Under the pieces are notes generated by a model that worked only from the letters and a program-made list of their open reading frames with translations, was not told the origin of the DNA and ran no database searches. A stretch of 64,000 nucleotides of DNA. It comes from Oscillospiraceae bacterium (GTDB lineage Bacteria > Bacillota > Clostridia > Oscillospirales > Oscillospiraceae). Position 1 is the stretch's first letter; every line of letters begins with the position of its first letter. Position numbers and translations under genes: made by a program. Below, piece by piece: positions 44,201 through 52,562 of this stretch. Location: the NCBI GenBank assembly GCA_902801295.1, contig CADCHN010000021.1, positions 13-64,012 on the forward strand. The letters are read 5' to 3'.

Positions 44201-45344
44201 CCAGTGCCTCGGCGATCGTGTTGATTTCGGGAGTCGGCTCGGGGGTCTCGTCCAGCGCGAAGAACTGGAAGGTGTAGATCTCCGCCTTGCTGGCGTTCAT
44301 CCCATAGACCGTGAAGTAGCCGCTGTAGTATTCGATATACTGCGGCTTGCCGCTGTATTGCGCGTTCACGCTCTTGATGAAGTGGCCGTTGGCCGCATCC
44401 TCCAGCTCAAAGAGCGTATAATCGCCAAGCTCTTCAACGAACTTCAGGTCGGTGGTATCCATGTAGAGATACTTGCCGTCCTCGTTGACGAAGCTGAACT
44501 TGCCGTCCCCGTTGACGGACACGGTCAGAATCGCCGCGCCCTCGGGAACGTTCAGCCTGCCGTCCTCGGTAAGCGTCGCGTCCGCAGCGGTCAGCTCAAT
44601 TTTCGTGGTTTTGCCGGAATATGTATATTCCTCGGCCGTGACAGCCTTGCTGTCCGCCGGATAGTAGATCACGACCTTATCACCGTCGGCAGGGCTGCTC
44701 TTCAGCGTCGCCGTAACGGCAGCGGGCGCAGTGGTCGGCTCCGGCGTATCGGTTGGGTCGGGCTCCTCAGACGGATCCGGGTCCACGACCACAATATCAT
44801 CGGTTCTCAGCTTCCAGAACGCGAGCGTCTGATCCTTGATATTGTTGTTGATGCTGGTATAGCATCTCCAATCCTGTCCGTTGTAGACGCCGAGGTAGCG
44901 CGTATCACCGTTCGGATCCGCCGCGGTCAGATAGCCGTCCGTTACAGACCAGACTGCTTCCGTGTCTCCGATGCGAACGCCGTTATTGGCCGCAGTCAGA
45001 TAAAGGGATGCGCCATTCGCGCTTTTGATCGTATAACCGGCGTCCGTCTGGGTCAGCGTCCAGGAGAAGTCCTCCGTGCTGTCAACCGTCAGCGTATCGC
45101 CGGATACAGTTCCGGTCAAGACCAGCGGCTGCCCCTGGCTGCCGCTGCCGGTGGTCGGCAGCACCCAGGTCGCGTCGCCCTTGGTCATCGTAATGGCCAC
45201 GGTGTCGTCGGCGGAGATGTCCGCCAGCTCGACCTTCTGCCAGGTCGCACCGTCATCCGCCGCAAAGGCAGCCGCCGGCAGCAGCGAAAGCAGCATGCCA
45301 AGCAGCAGCACCATCGACAGGATCTTACTCATTCTCTTCTTCAT
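38205..45344 (-). CDS. Giant (2379 aa) cell-wall-anchored multidomain surface protein with a PHP-type phosphoesterase domain and OB-fold-like modules (ExeM/NucH-like extracellular nuclease/phosphoesterase candidate)
   Basis: Signal peptide MKKRMSKILSMVLLLGMLLSLLPAAAFA. LYFGQLHSHTTYSDGSG..FVAFTDHSNY (PHP). Two FTVKGVVT../FTIEGVVT.. OB-like modules. Two CHB_HEX_C-like repeats (GEVEKGT..TFS.ETEGA.I.YSTDG). A Listeria-Bacteroides repeat (GYLFGGWF). C-terminal TPKTGD sorting-signal-like motif, TM helix and KKRKNRA. Confidence 0.85.
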   Translation of the reverse strand: MKKRMSKILSMVLLLGMLLSLLPAAAFAADDGATWQKVELADISADDTVAITMTKGDATWVLPTTGSGSQGQPLVLTGTVSGDTLTVDSTEDFSWTLTQTDAGYTIKSANGASLYLTAANNGVRIGDTEAVWSVTDGYLTAADPNGDTRYLGVYNGQDWRCYTSINNNIKDQTLAFWKLRTDDIVVVDPDPSEEPDPTDTPEPTTAPAAVTATLKSSPADGDKVVIYYPADSKAVTAEEYTYSGKTTKIELTAADATLTEDGRLNVPEGAAILTVSVNGDGKFSFVNEDGKYLYMDTTDLKFVEELGDYTLFELEDAANGHFIKSVNAQYSGKPQYIEYYSGYFTVYGMNASKAEIYTFQFFALDETPEPTPEINTIAEALAGETGAEFTVKGVVTMIETKNVFVQDATGGICLYFDTAPTDLALGDTVIFTGARATYRGLPELTGQTYEKSEGLTLTAKETTIGALTTADVCTYVKLTGLEVTEVYDKNGQFSNPNITFTDAEGKTIQLYKAAIEKNEGVWRVKVGDKVDVTLAVGINNSMLQLRNTLDSEITVKGEEPITVATPTADVAAGEVEKGTVVTFSCETEGAVISYSTDGETWTEGETYTVNEDVTLQVKAVLDGVESAIASFAYTVKAEEPAETEGLVTDLAQLTDGAKIVIYNPNSAKAMSSDVVGSDWYLAPADVTIEGDKAVNPAANLVWTVRVNEDGSYCFEQGDKAVTGWLSGNYVELTSNKSVDGGDSNWSIDPCNAETNTYYIKSSTLANNYGSAYIEIFNKKVSGDTQLVFCGYTTSEEKLTEAAYGMQFYLVKTEDVPPEPVEGDLITSLDQLTDGATVAIYSPSHMTAISSKPNGDWYLKANSATLENGKVVNFTSDFVWKVKVNADGTYSFYSNDDETQCISVWPSGTYAELTVNPNYNGDTVHDWNLLPFSAADHTWYIKSSTLTLTKDSTELPVYIEAFLRNGTEVFSGFAPYTSQLKNTDYALQFYLVNPEDAVAAYDDGEWDGVLEKGKQYVAYSPNAQASLGLAKEATYSLTAVPTTIEGDKAKAGNGAYVFKIDTMGRYYSFEINGKYLASNNAEELFFVEKGEDGKLPDTAKWFLTKNGDSYIIYNREANYNGTPVCIEYYSSVFSGWTFKPKEPDIFLFNFYEVVDGTEIREDVVQDPNVIFDCEDSRFVEQDYLCSFTLDDLAETIETLTVTYTAGDKTGTVTGLEPSKAVSFTIPAAEIDGENAPESFTIKVEVKNSYGIVYSGEKTVAIVDEPFFEELTPAPNAQTRDEKKPTISAKIGNAGENPEFTMTVNGETVEAKFENGVLSYTPAEELKDGRTTVTITVKRSDGVEVEKTWSFTVGIADYQLYFGQLHSHTTYSDGSGSLETALEYIASLPKSANVQFVAFTDHSNYFDTTSAANPADALNDKSLMTESSAALWAEYKDAVEKFNKSQSDIVALAGFEMTWSGGPGHINTFDSDGLVSRNNAELNNKSGDAGMKLYYQTINKGNSLNQFNHPGTTFGNFTDFSYWDEATDAHMFLVEVGNGEGQIGQGGYYPSYEQYIIALDKGWHVAPTNNQDNHKGRWGNANDARDVILTNDFTEQGIYDAIRALRVYATEDKNLQIYYTLNNMPMGTIFSEEETPEKLNINVTLYDPDSSDAVSKVEVVVDGGKTAYTWDKAEELSSGQLNAELEPEYSYYFIRVTQKDGDLAVTAPIWVGKPIKLGITDIKAETDPVYKGEEATLVTTLYNNEEAAATVKSLVYTVNGGEVIGTDTTGYSIPAGGTLPVNFKHTIDTAKLTTVTVTAIVELDGKEYTYTANVELDVLDKETEGKVTPIADVRAASKPDDTGYRFTIEGVVTSNASGYDKDTAFFDCIYVQDDTAGICCFPVSGEYKIGDKVRIVGHTDFYQGEPELQVQTIEVIGEGSVEPTEIKASELNDRSAEGKLVTVKGTVESVEVENGLIQTIMVKDAEGNLARVFIDGYITTGKEVENCEVGAEIKATGLASYDDTFNAPEGPFPRIRIRDRADVVCTLPATDQPAAPTVTPEAGEVEKGTQLTFSSETEGAEIEYSTDGGKTWTKGDKFTVNEDVTIQVKAVKDGVESEIATFKFTVKEEEPKPTESPEPTESPAPIEEPLHIVLDANGGKVSVTRLRLGVDGTVPALPTPQERDGYLFGGWFDAAEGGLEVVQGDKLTESTTLYAHWYELRAVATNNTVVPTALKERYATVDAMKTAMLNTLKRRLGTTTVKGNKLYEIQVEYFDGSEWLPITADQFPTKGVKVSIAVPDGAAATDRFVALHLFGEDCNGHKAGEGEMPTVTKSGSTLSFTVHGTSPLLLVWTGTSSGGSGGKTPKTGDDANLGLWIALMAASSAAMAVLVIEQKKRKNRA

Positions 45345-45677
45345 GGGGTACCTCCTTGAAGCGGGCTCGCAAGGTTTATGTCAACCCGTTTACATAAGTA
45401 TACGCATGATATTATATCAGAAATTTTCTGATTTGCCAGCGGTATTCAGCAAAAAAATCGTGAAAGATCATAGAATTTTTTGGGCTGTTTTTATGAAAAG
45501 CGCCAAAAATGGAAAATCCCGAAAAATTAAGATTTTAAGCGGGTTTTCCAGACTTTTTATTGTCATTATTGCGTTTCTTTTTTGTAACTTTTCAGGGCAA
45601 AACGCGGCCTCTCTCTTGACAGAAAAACGGGAACTTGATATGCTGGTTTCATCGCATCAAAACGGAGATCGGACAGC

Positions 45678-46844
45678 ATGAAAAACGCAAAAAAATACCG
45701 TCTGTGGGCCTGGCTCGCCGCGGAAAAATGGGGTCTTTTGCTGCTGCTGGCGGCAGCGCTCGTCTTTCTCGGCGCGAGGCTCTGGCTTGGCGCGGACGAA
45801 ACCAAGACGGCGCCCAGCGGGGATTATGCCGAATACGAAAAGGGCGTCGTCGTGGACATTCTCAGCGACAGCAGTGCGCCGGACGAGGCCTCGGACGGCG
45901 GCTGGCGCGGCGAGCAGCTGATGACCGTCGAGCTGCAGACCGGGCAGTACGCGGGCAAAACGCTGCTGGTCAGCAACTATATCGGCCCGCTGTTCGGCGT
46001 GCCGCTGCGCGCTGGCGACAGCGCCGCGCTGATCGTAAACACCTATGCAAGCGGCGAGATCCGCGCGACGGTCTATGAATACAACCGCATCCCCGCGCTG
46101 ATCGGCGTGGTGCTGCTCTTTGTGCTGGCGACGGTGCTGGTCGGCGGCAAAACCGGCCTGAAGTCCCTGATCGGGCTTGCCGTCACGGTCGTTTGCCTGT
46201 TCTGGGTGCTGATCCCGCTGCTGCTGCGCGGCGCGCCGACGCTGCCGACGGTGTTTCTCTGCTGCGTATTCATTTCGGCCGTTGCCTTTACGATCCTCGG
46301 CGGATTGCACCGCAAAACCGTCTGCGCGATGCTCGGTACGGTGGCGGGCGTGGCGCTGGCGATGCTCTTCGGTCTCGCGGCCCAGGCGCTGGCGCGCATC
46401 GACGGGCTGCGCATGAGCGACGTGGAGCCGCTGCTGCAGCTGCGCCAGACCGGCGTGCCGATCGGGCTGCGGTATCTGCTCGTGGGAGGCGTCATCATCA
46501 GCGCGCTCGGTGCGGTGATGGACGTGGCGATGAGCATCTCCTCCGCGCTGGAGGAGGTCCATGCCGCCAATCCCGACTACGGCGCGAGGGAGCTCTTCCG
46601 TTCCGGTATGAACATCGGCCGCGACATGGTCGGCACGATGACCAATACCCTGATCCTCGCCTTCCTCGGCAGCGGCTTTACGATGATTATTTACTTGTAT
46701 TCGCTGGGCCTTGCCCGCTATCAGCTGCTGCCCTCGGCCTACATGGCCATCGAGCTCATCAGCGGCCTGTCAAGCAGCGTCGGCATGATCCTCGCCATCC
46801 CGCTGACGGCGCTCATCAGCGCGGCGGCGCTGGGCAAAAGATAG
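45678..46844 (+). CDS. YibE/F-family membrane protein
   Basis: N-terminal TM, extracytoplasmic beta-domain (..GDSAALIVNTYASGEIRATVYEYNR), then 6-7 TM helices. Confidence 0.65.
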   Translation: MKNAKKYRLWAWLAAEKWGLLLLLAAALVFLGARLWLGADETKTAPSGDYAEYEKGVVVDILSDSSAPDEASDGGWRGEQLMTVELQTGQYAGKTLLVSNYIGPLFGVPLRAGDSAALIVNTYASGEIRATVYEYNRIPALIGVVLLFVLATVLVGGKTGLKSLIGLAVTVVCLFWVLIPLLLRGAPTLPTVFLCCVFISAVAFTILGGLHRKTVCAMLGTVAGVALAMLFGLAAQALARIDGLRMSDVEPLLQLRQTGVPIGLRYLLVGGVIISALGAVMDVAMSISSALEEVHAANPDYGARELFRSGMNIGRDMVGTMTNTLILAFLGSGFTMIIYLYSLGLARYQLLPSAYMAIELISGLSSSVGMILAIPLTALISAAALGKR

Positions 46845-46856
46845 AATCTGATGAAG

Positions 46857-46892
46857 AAAACTCCCGGGAGGATTTCTCCTCCCGGGAGTTTT
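46857..46892. terminator. Hairpin aaaactcccgggagga-tttc-tcctcccgggagtttt, copy 1
   Basis: 13-bp perfect stem flanked by an A-run and a T-run. Identical copy at 47068-47105. Confidence 0.75.
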
Positions 46893-47067
46893 CAGCTTGT
46901 CAAAAAAGCCTCGCAGAGTTTTTTCGCCGCTGCGAAAAAAGAAATCGGATCGTGTTTTCCGGGGGCGTGTACCTCGGAAAACACACCTTGCGCCCTGCAA
47001 GTGTGCGCAGCAGGGCGAACCCCCTCAACGGAGAGCCCAGCGAAGCGGGGCTCCGTTGATGCGTGCT

Positions 47068-47105
47068 CAAAACTCCCGGGAGGATTTCTCCTCCCGGGAG
47101 TTTTT
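47068..47105. terminator. Identical hairpin, copy 2
   Basis: Same 36-nt sequence, 175 bp downstream of copy 1, next to the stop of the convergent S66 peptidase gene. Confidence 0.75.
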
Positions 47106-47114
47106 GCCTGTCTG

Positions 47115-48152
47115 TCAACGTGTCGCCGGTTCCAGCAGCGTCAGGCGTTTTCGTTCGCAGTCGAGCTCATAGCGCAGTCCGAGCGGGAACACCCCGATCG
47201 GGTAGCTGTGGCCGACGTTGACGTTGTACAGAATCGGCAGCTCCGGCCGCCCGGCCTCAAAGCCGACCACCTGCCGCAGCACCTCCTGGTAACTGTCAAA
47301 TTTGTCCTCCGCGGCGGGCTTGCCGAATACGATGCCGCTGACGCGCGAAAGGATCCCCTGCGCCTGCAGCCCGCGCAGATACCAGCGCAGCAGGTCGTCC
47401 GGCATATCCTCCTCGCTGGTTTCCAGCAGCAGGAGCTTCCCTTCCCATTCCTGCGGCGCGGGCCAGAGCGCAGTTCCCATCAGTTCGACAAACACGTCCA
47501 CGCAGCCGCCGAGCAGCTCGCCCTCGACCTTCCCGCTGCCCTGCAGGACTTGATAGCCGGTGTTTTTCCGGCGCGGCCGGGGAATGGTCTGATTTTCCTC
47601 CGCCCAGGGTACCTTTTCCTTTTCGAAGGCGCAGAAGCCGCTGCAGGGGATATCCAGCGTTGGCTGGGGTGAAAAGAGCGTGCGCTCCATCATGTCGCGC
47701 GTGTACTCGTTGATCGACACATACTCCGCCACGTCGCACATCAGCGACAGGCCATAGTAGGACACAAGTCCCGCCTTGCGCATCATGAAGTGGTTGGTCG
47801 TCGTGTCGGAAAAGCCGGTAAAGATTTTGGGGTTTGTACGCAGGACGTCAAAGTCGATGTACGGCAGCAGACGGATCGTATCGTCCCCGCCGATGGCACA
47901 GATCACCGCCCGGATCTCCGGGTCGCGGAAGGCGTCCATCAGGTCCTGTGCGCGGGCCTCGGGATGGCGGTAGAGGTAATCCGTGCCGCGCAGCGCGTTC
48001 GGCATCGCACACACGCGCAGGCCGTAGTCGCGCTCGAGCCGCTCTTTGGCGATGCGGTATTTGTGGATCAGCTGCGGTTCGCCCAGAATGCCGCTCGAGA
48101 GTGACACCACGGCGACCTTGTCCCCGCGTGAGAGGTGTTTGGGTTTGAGCAT
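47115..48152 (-). CDS. S66-family LD-carboxypeptidase / MccF-like serine peptidase
   Basis: LSRGDKVAVVSLSSG, IFTGFSDTTT (nucleophile Ser), NVNVGHSYP (His). Confidence 0.85.
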   Translation of the reverse strand: MLKPKHLSRGDKVAVVSLSSGILGEPQLIHKYRIAKERLERDYGLRVCAMPNALRGTDYLYRHPEARAQDLMDAFRDPEIRAVICAIGGDDTIRLLPYIDFDVLRTNPKIFTGFSDTTTNHFMMRKAGLVSYYGLSLMCDVAEYVSINEYTRDMMERTLFSPQPTLDIPCSGFCAFEKEKVPWAEENQTIPRPRRKNTGYQVLQGSGKVEGELLGGCVDVFVELMGTALWPAPQEWEGKLLLLETSEEDMPDDLLRWYLRGLQAQGILSRVSGIVFGKPAAEDKFDSYQEVLRQVVGFEAGRPELPILYNVNVGHSYPIGVFPLGLRYELDCERKRLTLLEPATR

Positions 48153-48212
48153 TGTTTTCCTCCTGAAGAAAAGCGGGGGCGCCGGAGCGCCCCCGTTGTC
48201 GTTAATGAAATC

Positions 48213-49940
48213 TTACTTTTTGTTGCCGAACAGGCCGCGGATGATGCTCTTGGCGCCCGAGCGCATGACGGAGCTGAGCGCATTGGAGGCGGCACGCTTG
48301 GCCATGGTGCCGGCGGAGACAGTCTTGCCGCCGGTGATGGTGTTGACGATATTGGTGGTCATGGAGCTGGCCATGGAGGACGCGGCGTTGGACGCTGCGC
48401 GCTCAAAGGTGCTCGTGACGGCCTTTTTCTTCTTCTCGGCCTCCTTGGCGGCGGCAGCGGCGGCCTTTTCCTCCGCCTTGGCGGCAGCGGCGGCTTCGCG
48501 CTCGGCGGCCTTTGCGGCGGCGGCTTCTTCCTTCTGGCGCTGCTTCTCGGCGGCGGCCTCCTCGCGCAGACGCTGGCGCTCGGCCTCGGCCTCCTCCTTC
48601 TGGCGCTGCTTCTCCGCGGCAGCAGCCTCGGCCTCCTCCTGACGGCGGGCCTCCAGCTCCTCGTTGGCGCGGATCAGGATCTCATAGGCAGACTCGCGGT
48701 CCACCTGCTGGCGGTACTTGATGTCGAACTCGTCCGCGGCGATCAGGCGCTGCACGTCGCCCGCGTCGGCCGCGCCCATCAGGCTCTGCGGCGGCAGGAT
48801 CCTGGCGCGCTCGACCATCGTGGGGATGCCCTTTTCATCCAGGAAGCTGACCAGCGCCTCGCCGACACCGAGCTCCATCAGCACGGTCTCGCTGTCGAAG
48901 TTGGGATTGACGCGGAAGGCGGCAGCGGCGGCGCGCACGGCCTTCTGCTCGGCCGGCGTGTAGGCGCGCAGCGCGTGCTGCACACGGTTGGACAGCTGCG
49001 CCAGCACATCGTTGGGGATATCGCTGGGGCTCTGGCTGATGAAGTAGACGCCCACGCCCTTGGAGCGGATGAGCTTGACAATCTGGACGATCTTCTGCAC
49101 GAGGGCCTTGGGGGCGCCGTTGAAGAGCAGGTGCGCCTCGTCGAAGAAGAAGATCATGCGGGGCTTTTCGAGATCGCCCACCTCGGGCAGTTTTTCGTAC
49201 AGCTCCGTCAGCATCCACAGCAGGAAGGTGGAGTACACCGTGGGGCTCTGGATCAGACGGGTGCTGGTGAGGACGTTGATGAAGCCGCGGCCGTCGAAAT
49301 CGGTGCGCATCCAGTCGCGGATGTCGAGATCGGGCTCGCCGAAGAACTGCTCGCCGCCCTCGGCCTCGAAGGCCAGCAGCGCGCGCTGGATGGCGCCGAC
49401 GCTGGCGGCGGAGACGTTGCCGTACATCGTGGTAAACTCCGCGCGGTTATCGCCCACGAACTGCAGCATGGCGCGCAGATCCTTCAGATCCAGCAGCAGC
49501 AGACCGTGCTCATCGGCCACTTTAAAGACGATGTTCAGCACGCCGGTCTGGATCTCGGTGAGGTTCAGCAGACGGCCCAGCAGGGTCGGGCCCATGTCGG
49601 AAATGGTCACGCGCACGGGATGGCCGGTTTCGCCGAAGATATCCCAGAAACGGGTGGGATAGCCCTTGTACTGGAAGCCCTCCAGGCCGAAGCGCTCGAT
49701 GCGGCGCTGCATATCCTCGGTGTCGCGGCCAGGACGGCACATGCCGGACAGGTCGCCCTTGATATCAGCCAGAAACACGGGCACGCCCATGTCGGAGAAG
49801 GACTCTGCCATCACCTTCATGGTGATGGTCTTGCCGGTGCCGGTAGCGCCCGCGATCAGGCCGTGGCGGTTGGCCATCTGCGGCAGCAGGTACAGGTTCT
49901 TGTCAGACTGTGCAAGCCAAATCTTTTTATCGGAAACCAT
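48213..49940 (-). CDS. HerA-like/DUF853 (YjgR-type) P-loop ATPase with an Ala/Glu/Lys-rich repetitive C-terminal tail
   Basis: [16 protein letters not shown] Walker [13 protein letters not shown] Walker B. C-terminal [38 protein letters not shown] repeats. Confidence 0.85.
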   Translation of the reverse strand: MVSDKKIWLAQSDKNLYLLPQMANRHGLIAGATGTGKTITMKVMAESFSDMGVPVFLADIKGDLSGMCRPGRDTEDMQRRIERFGLEGFQYKGYPTRFWDIFGETGHPVRVTISDMGPTLLGRLLNLTEIQTGVLNIVFKVADEHGLLLLDLKDLRAMLQFVGDNRAEFTTMYGNVSAASVGAIQRALLAFEAEGGEQFFGEPDLDIRDWMRTDFDGRGFINVLTSTRLIQSPTVYSTFLLWMLTELYEKLPEVGDLEKPRMIFFFDEAHLLFNGAPKALVQKIVQIVKLIRSKGVGVYFISQSPSDIPNDVLAQLSNRVQHALRAYTPAEQKAVRAAAAAFRVNPNFDSETVLMELGVGEALVSFLDEKGIPTMVERARILPPQSLMGAADAGDVQRLIAADEFDIKYRQQVDRESAYEILIRANEELEARRQEEAEAAAAEKQRQKEEAEAERQRLREEAAAEKQRQKEEAAAAKAAEREAAAAAKAEEKAAAAAAKEAEKKKKAVTSTFERAASNAASSMASSMTTNIVNTITGGKTVSAGTMAKRAASNALSSVMRSGAKSIIRGLFGNKK

Positions 49941-50060
49941 AGAGAACCCTCCAGTTTTTTTAATATAAATTCATCATATCACAGTTTTTTTCACGGTACA
50001 ATACAAAAGGATAAAAAATCGGCGTATCCCGGGTTGGGATACGCCGATTTTTTTGCGCGC

Positions 50061-50288
50061 TTACTGCAGCTTTTCCAGGAATTCCACAATTCTCTGCACG
50101 GTAAACAGGTTGGCGGCCTCCTCGTCGGAGATGCTGATGCCGAACTCGTCCTCGATGTTCATGATCAGCTCCACCACGTCCAGAGAGTCCGCGCCTAGAT
50201 CGTCGATGAGGTTGGTCTCCATCGTGATCTTCTCGGGATCGATCTCGAACTGCGCGGCCAGCGCGTCTCTCACTTTTTCAAAATACAT
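50061..50288 (-). CDS. acpP: Acyl carrier protein
   Basis: LGADSLDVVELIMNIEDEF (phosphopantetheine Ser in DSL). Start chosen at MYFEKV (ATG 50288, GGAGG 7 nt upstream). Confidence 0.85.
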   Translation of the reverse strand: MYFEKVRDALAAQFEIDPEKITMETNLIDDLGADSLDVVELIMNIEDEFGISISDEEAANLFTVQRIVEFLEKLQ

Positions 50289-50345
50289 AATCATACCTCC
50301 GATGTGCCTGTGCGGCGCATAAAGTTTTGATAATTCTCAAGCGGG

Positions 50346-51185
50346 TCAGGCCCACTCGCGGCTCTGGGGCTTGTTGCTGGGCTGCTCGGGCTTGACGTAG
50401 CTCACCACGACGCGGCGGTTGGGCTCGACGCCGGTGGAGGAGGTGGTCACACCCTCGTAGTTCTGCAGCGCGGTGTGGATCACGTGGCGCTCATAGGAAT
50501 TCATCGGCTCGAGAGCCATGCTGCGCTTGTACTTGATGGCCTTTTCCGCCATCTTCTCGGCCAGCTTCGTCAGGCTCTCCTCGCGCTTGCTGCGGTAGCT
50601 CTCGGCATCCACGCTGATGTGCATGTGCTTATCGCTGCCGCGGTTGACCACGTAGTTGGTCAGGTGCTGGATGGCGTCGAGGGTCTCGCCCCGGCGGCCA
50701 ATGATGGCGCCCATGCCGCCGCCGGTGAGATTGACGTTCACGCCGCCGTTGTCGCGGGGGCTGATCTCAATGCCGGCCTTGACGTTCATGCGCTCGAGCA
50801 GGCCGCTCAGAAAGCTGCGGATCGCGGCGTATTCGGGGTTTTCATCCGCCGGCGCTGCCTCTTCGGCCTTCGGCTCTTCGACGGTCGGAGCGCTGACTTC
50901 GACCTTCGCGGCAGGCGCAGGCTCCTCGGCCTTCGGCTCCTTCGCAGGGCGGGTGGTCTTTTCCGGCGCGGGCGTCGGGGCGGGAGCGGCGGGCTCCGGA
51001 TCGGGCACCTCGTAGCTCACGCGGATCACCGCGGGGGACGCGCCGATGCCCAGGAAGCCGGACTTGGGCAGCTCCAGGATCTCATACTCGTAGGCCATGG
51101 AGTCCCGGTCGAGTCCAAGCTCAGCCAGGGCCGCAGCGAGAGCCTCGTCCACAGTCTTGGCGCGCTTTTCCAAAGTTTTTGTCAT
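50346..51185 (-). CDS. jag: Jag/KhpB RNA-binding protein (Jag_N, KH, R3H)
   Basis: N-terminal AKTVDEALAAALAELG, KH IIGRRGETLDAIQHL, R3H LEPMNSYERHVIHTAL. Downstream of yidC. Confidence 0.85.
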   Translation of the reverse strand: MTKTLEKRAKTVDEALAAALAELGLDRDSMAYEYEILELPKSGFLGIGASPAVIRVSYEVPDPEPAAPAPTPAPEKTTRPAKEPKAEEPAPAAKVEVSAPTVEEPKAEEAAPADENPEYAAIRSFLSGLLERMNVKAGIEISPRDNGGVNVNLTGGGMGAIIGRRGETLDAIQHLTNYVVNRGSDKHMHISVDAESYRSKREESLTKLAEKMAEKAIKYKRSMALEPMNSYERHVIHTALQNYEGVTTSSTGVEPNRRVVVSYVKPEQPSNKPQSREWA

Positions 51186-51210
51186 AGTATCCTTACACTC
51201 CTGTGTTTGC

Positions 51211-52500
51211 TCATTCTTCGGCCGCGGCCTCTACGCTCTCGTCGATGGCGGGAGCGTCCTCAGACGCCAGGGCGGCCTGGGCGGTGGCCTCCTCGGCCAT
51301 CTCGGGGTTGGTGTAGCGGTCTTCCACATAGGCGCGGCCGCGGGCATAGCGACGGTTGCCGACCTGGGAAGCGGGCTTTTCCGTCTCCTGGATGCCGAGG
51401 CGCTCACGGCGAGCGGCGCGGTCGGCGCGGTCAAGGGCGGCCTTGCGCTCGTCGCTCTTCTGCTTTTCGCTGGCCTGGATCTTCTTCTTGCTGGTGTTGA
51501 CGTTCTGCTCGGTTTTTCCCTCGGCGCGCAGGCGCTCGGTCTCCAGGCGCTTGGCCTCGAGTTCACGTTCCCGATCGCTGCGGTTGGCCTCGCGGACGGC
51601 GTCCTCCTCGTCCATCTTCTTTTTGAGGATGCCGGTGAGGATCACTTCGCGGATCATGCCGAAAACACTGTTGGCGATCCAGTAAATGCCCATGGCGGCG
51701 GGCATCGAGAAGCAGAACCAGATGCTCATCAGCGGCATCATCAGGTTCATGCCCTTCATCATGCCCTGCGACTGCTCGTTGCCGGCGGGCTGGGGGTTCA
51801 TGGCGGTGGAGAGCTTCATGCTCAGCCAGCTCATGAGGGCGGAGATCGGCGGGATCAGGAACAGTCCGATGGCGGCCCAGGTGTAGGGGCCGGCCCAGAG
51901 GGTGCTGATCGCGGGCGTCTCGCCCAGGTTCACGCCGAGGAAGCTCAGGTCGATGTTCATCAGGCCGTCCACCTGGCCCTTGAGCGCCGTCTGCACGGCG
52001 TCCCAGTTCTGGTGAACGAGGTTCGTCAACTCGATTTCCGCGTAATACGAGGCACGGCCGGAGGTCGCCAGCTCAATGCCCGCGTTCTCGAAGTAAGTCT
52101 TCAGCGCGGCCACCACGGTGTCGCCGGCGGGTGCGCCCGCGTACATCATGCGGGTGATCGGCAGGATGACAATGCGGTAGATCGGGATGATCAGGAACAT
52201 CGGCAGCAGCGACCAGAGGCAGCCGGACAGCGGATTGATGCCCTCTTCCTGATAGAGCTTCTGCATCTCCGCGTTGAGCTGCTGCTGGTTGCCGGCGTGG
52301 CGCTTCTGCAGCTCCTGGATGCGGGGCTGCAGACGGGTGGTGCGCATGGTGCTCTTCTTGCTCTTGGCCATAAACGGAGCGAGAACCAGGTTGATCGCCA
52401 GGGAGAAGAGAACCAGTGCCAGGCCGTAGTTGCCGGTCAGGTTGTAAAACCAGACCATCAGCTTGGCAAACGGCCAGGACAGATATTCCCAGAATGTCAT
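51211..52500 (-). CDS. yidC: YidC/Oxa1-family membrane protein insertase with a long basic C-terminal tail
   Basis: GNYGLALVLFSLAINLVLAPF, MQKLYQEEGINPLSGCLWSLLPM. Confidence 0.9.
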   Translation of the reverse strand: MTFWEYLSWPFAKLMVWFYNLTGNYGLALVLFSLAINLVLAPFMAKSKKSTMRTTRLQPRIQELQKRHAGNQQQLNAEMQKLYQEEGINPLSGCLWSLLPMFLIIPIYRIVILPITRMMYAGAPAGDTVVAALKTYFENAGIELATSGRASYYAEIELTNLVHQNWDAVQTALKGQVDGLMNIDLSFLGVNLGETPAISTLWAGPYTWAAIGLFLIPPISALMSWLSMKLSTAMNPQPAGNEQSQGMMKGMNLMMPLMSIWFCFSMPAAMGIYWIANSVFGMIREVILTGILKKKMDEEDAVREANRSDRERELEAKRLETERLRAEGKTEQNVNTSKKKIQASEKQKSDERKAALDRADRAARRERLGIQETEKPASQVGNRRYARGRAYVEDRYTNPEMAEEATAQAALASEDAPAIDESVEAAAEE

Positions 52501-52562
52501 AGCTTGCTCCTAATTGATTATTTCCGCTGCGAAACTTCGCTTCACAACGGAGAGACTCGCAT

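Noticed and set aside
38199-45359. 2386-aa ORF on the plus strand spanning the whole giant gene
   Set aside because: It is antisense to a gene with clear signal peptide, domain and sorting-signal logic. Its own translation is low-complexity (Gly/Ala/Val/Arg/Asp-rich) with no motifs, start context or RBS. It is a typical stop-free shadow frame of high-GC coding DNA.
48420-48680. Nucleotide repeats that might be taken for a CRISPR or tandem-repeat array
   Set aside because: They lie inside the DUF853 ATPase gene and encode its Ala/Glu/Lys/Gln-rich coiled-coil tail (EKQRQKEEA repeats). There is no spacer/repeat periodicity, and no cas genes occur anywhere in the window.
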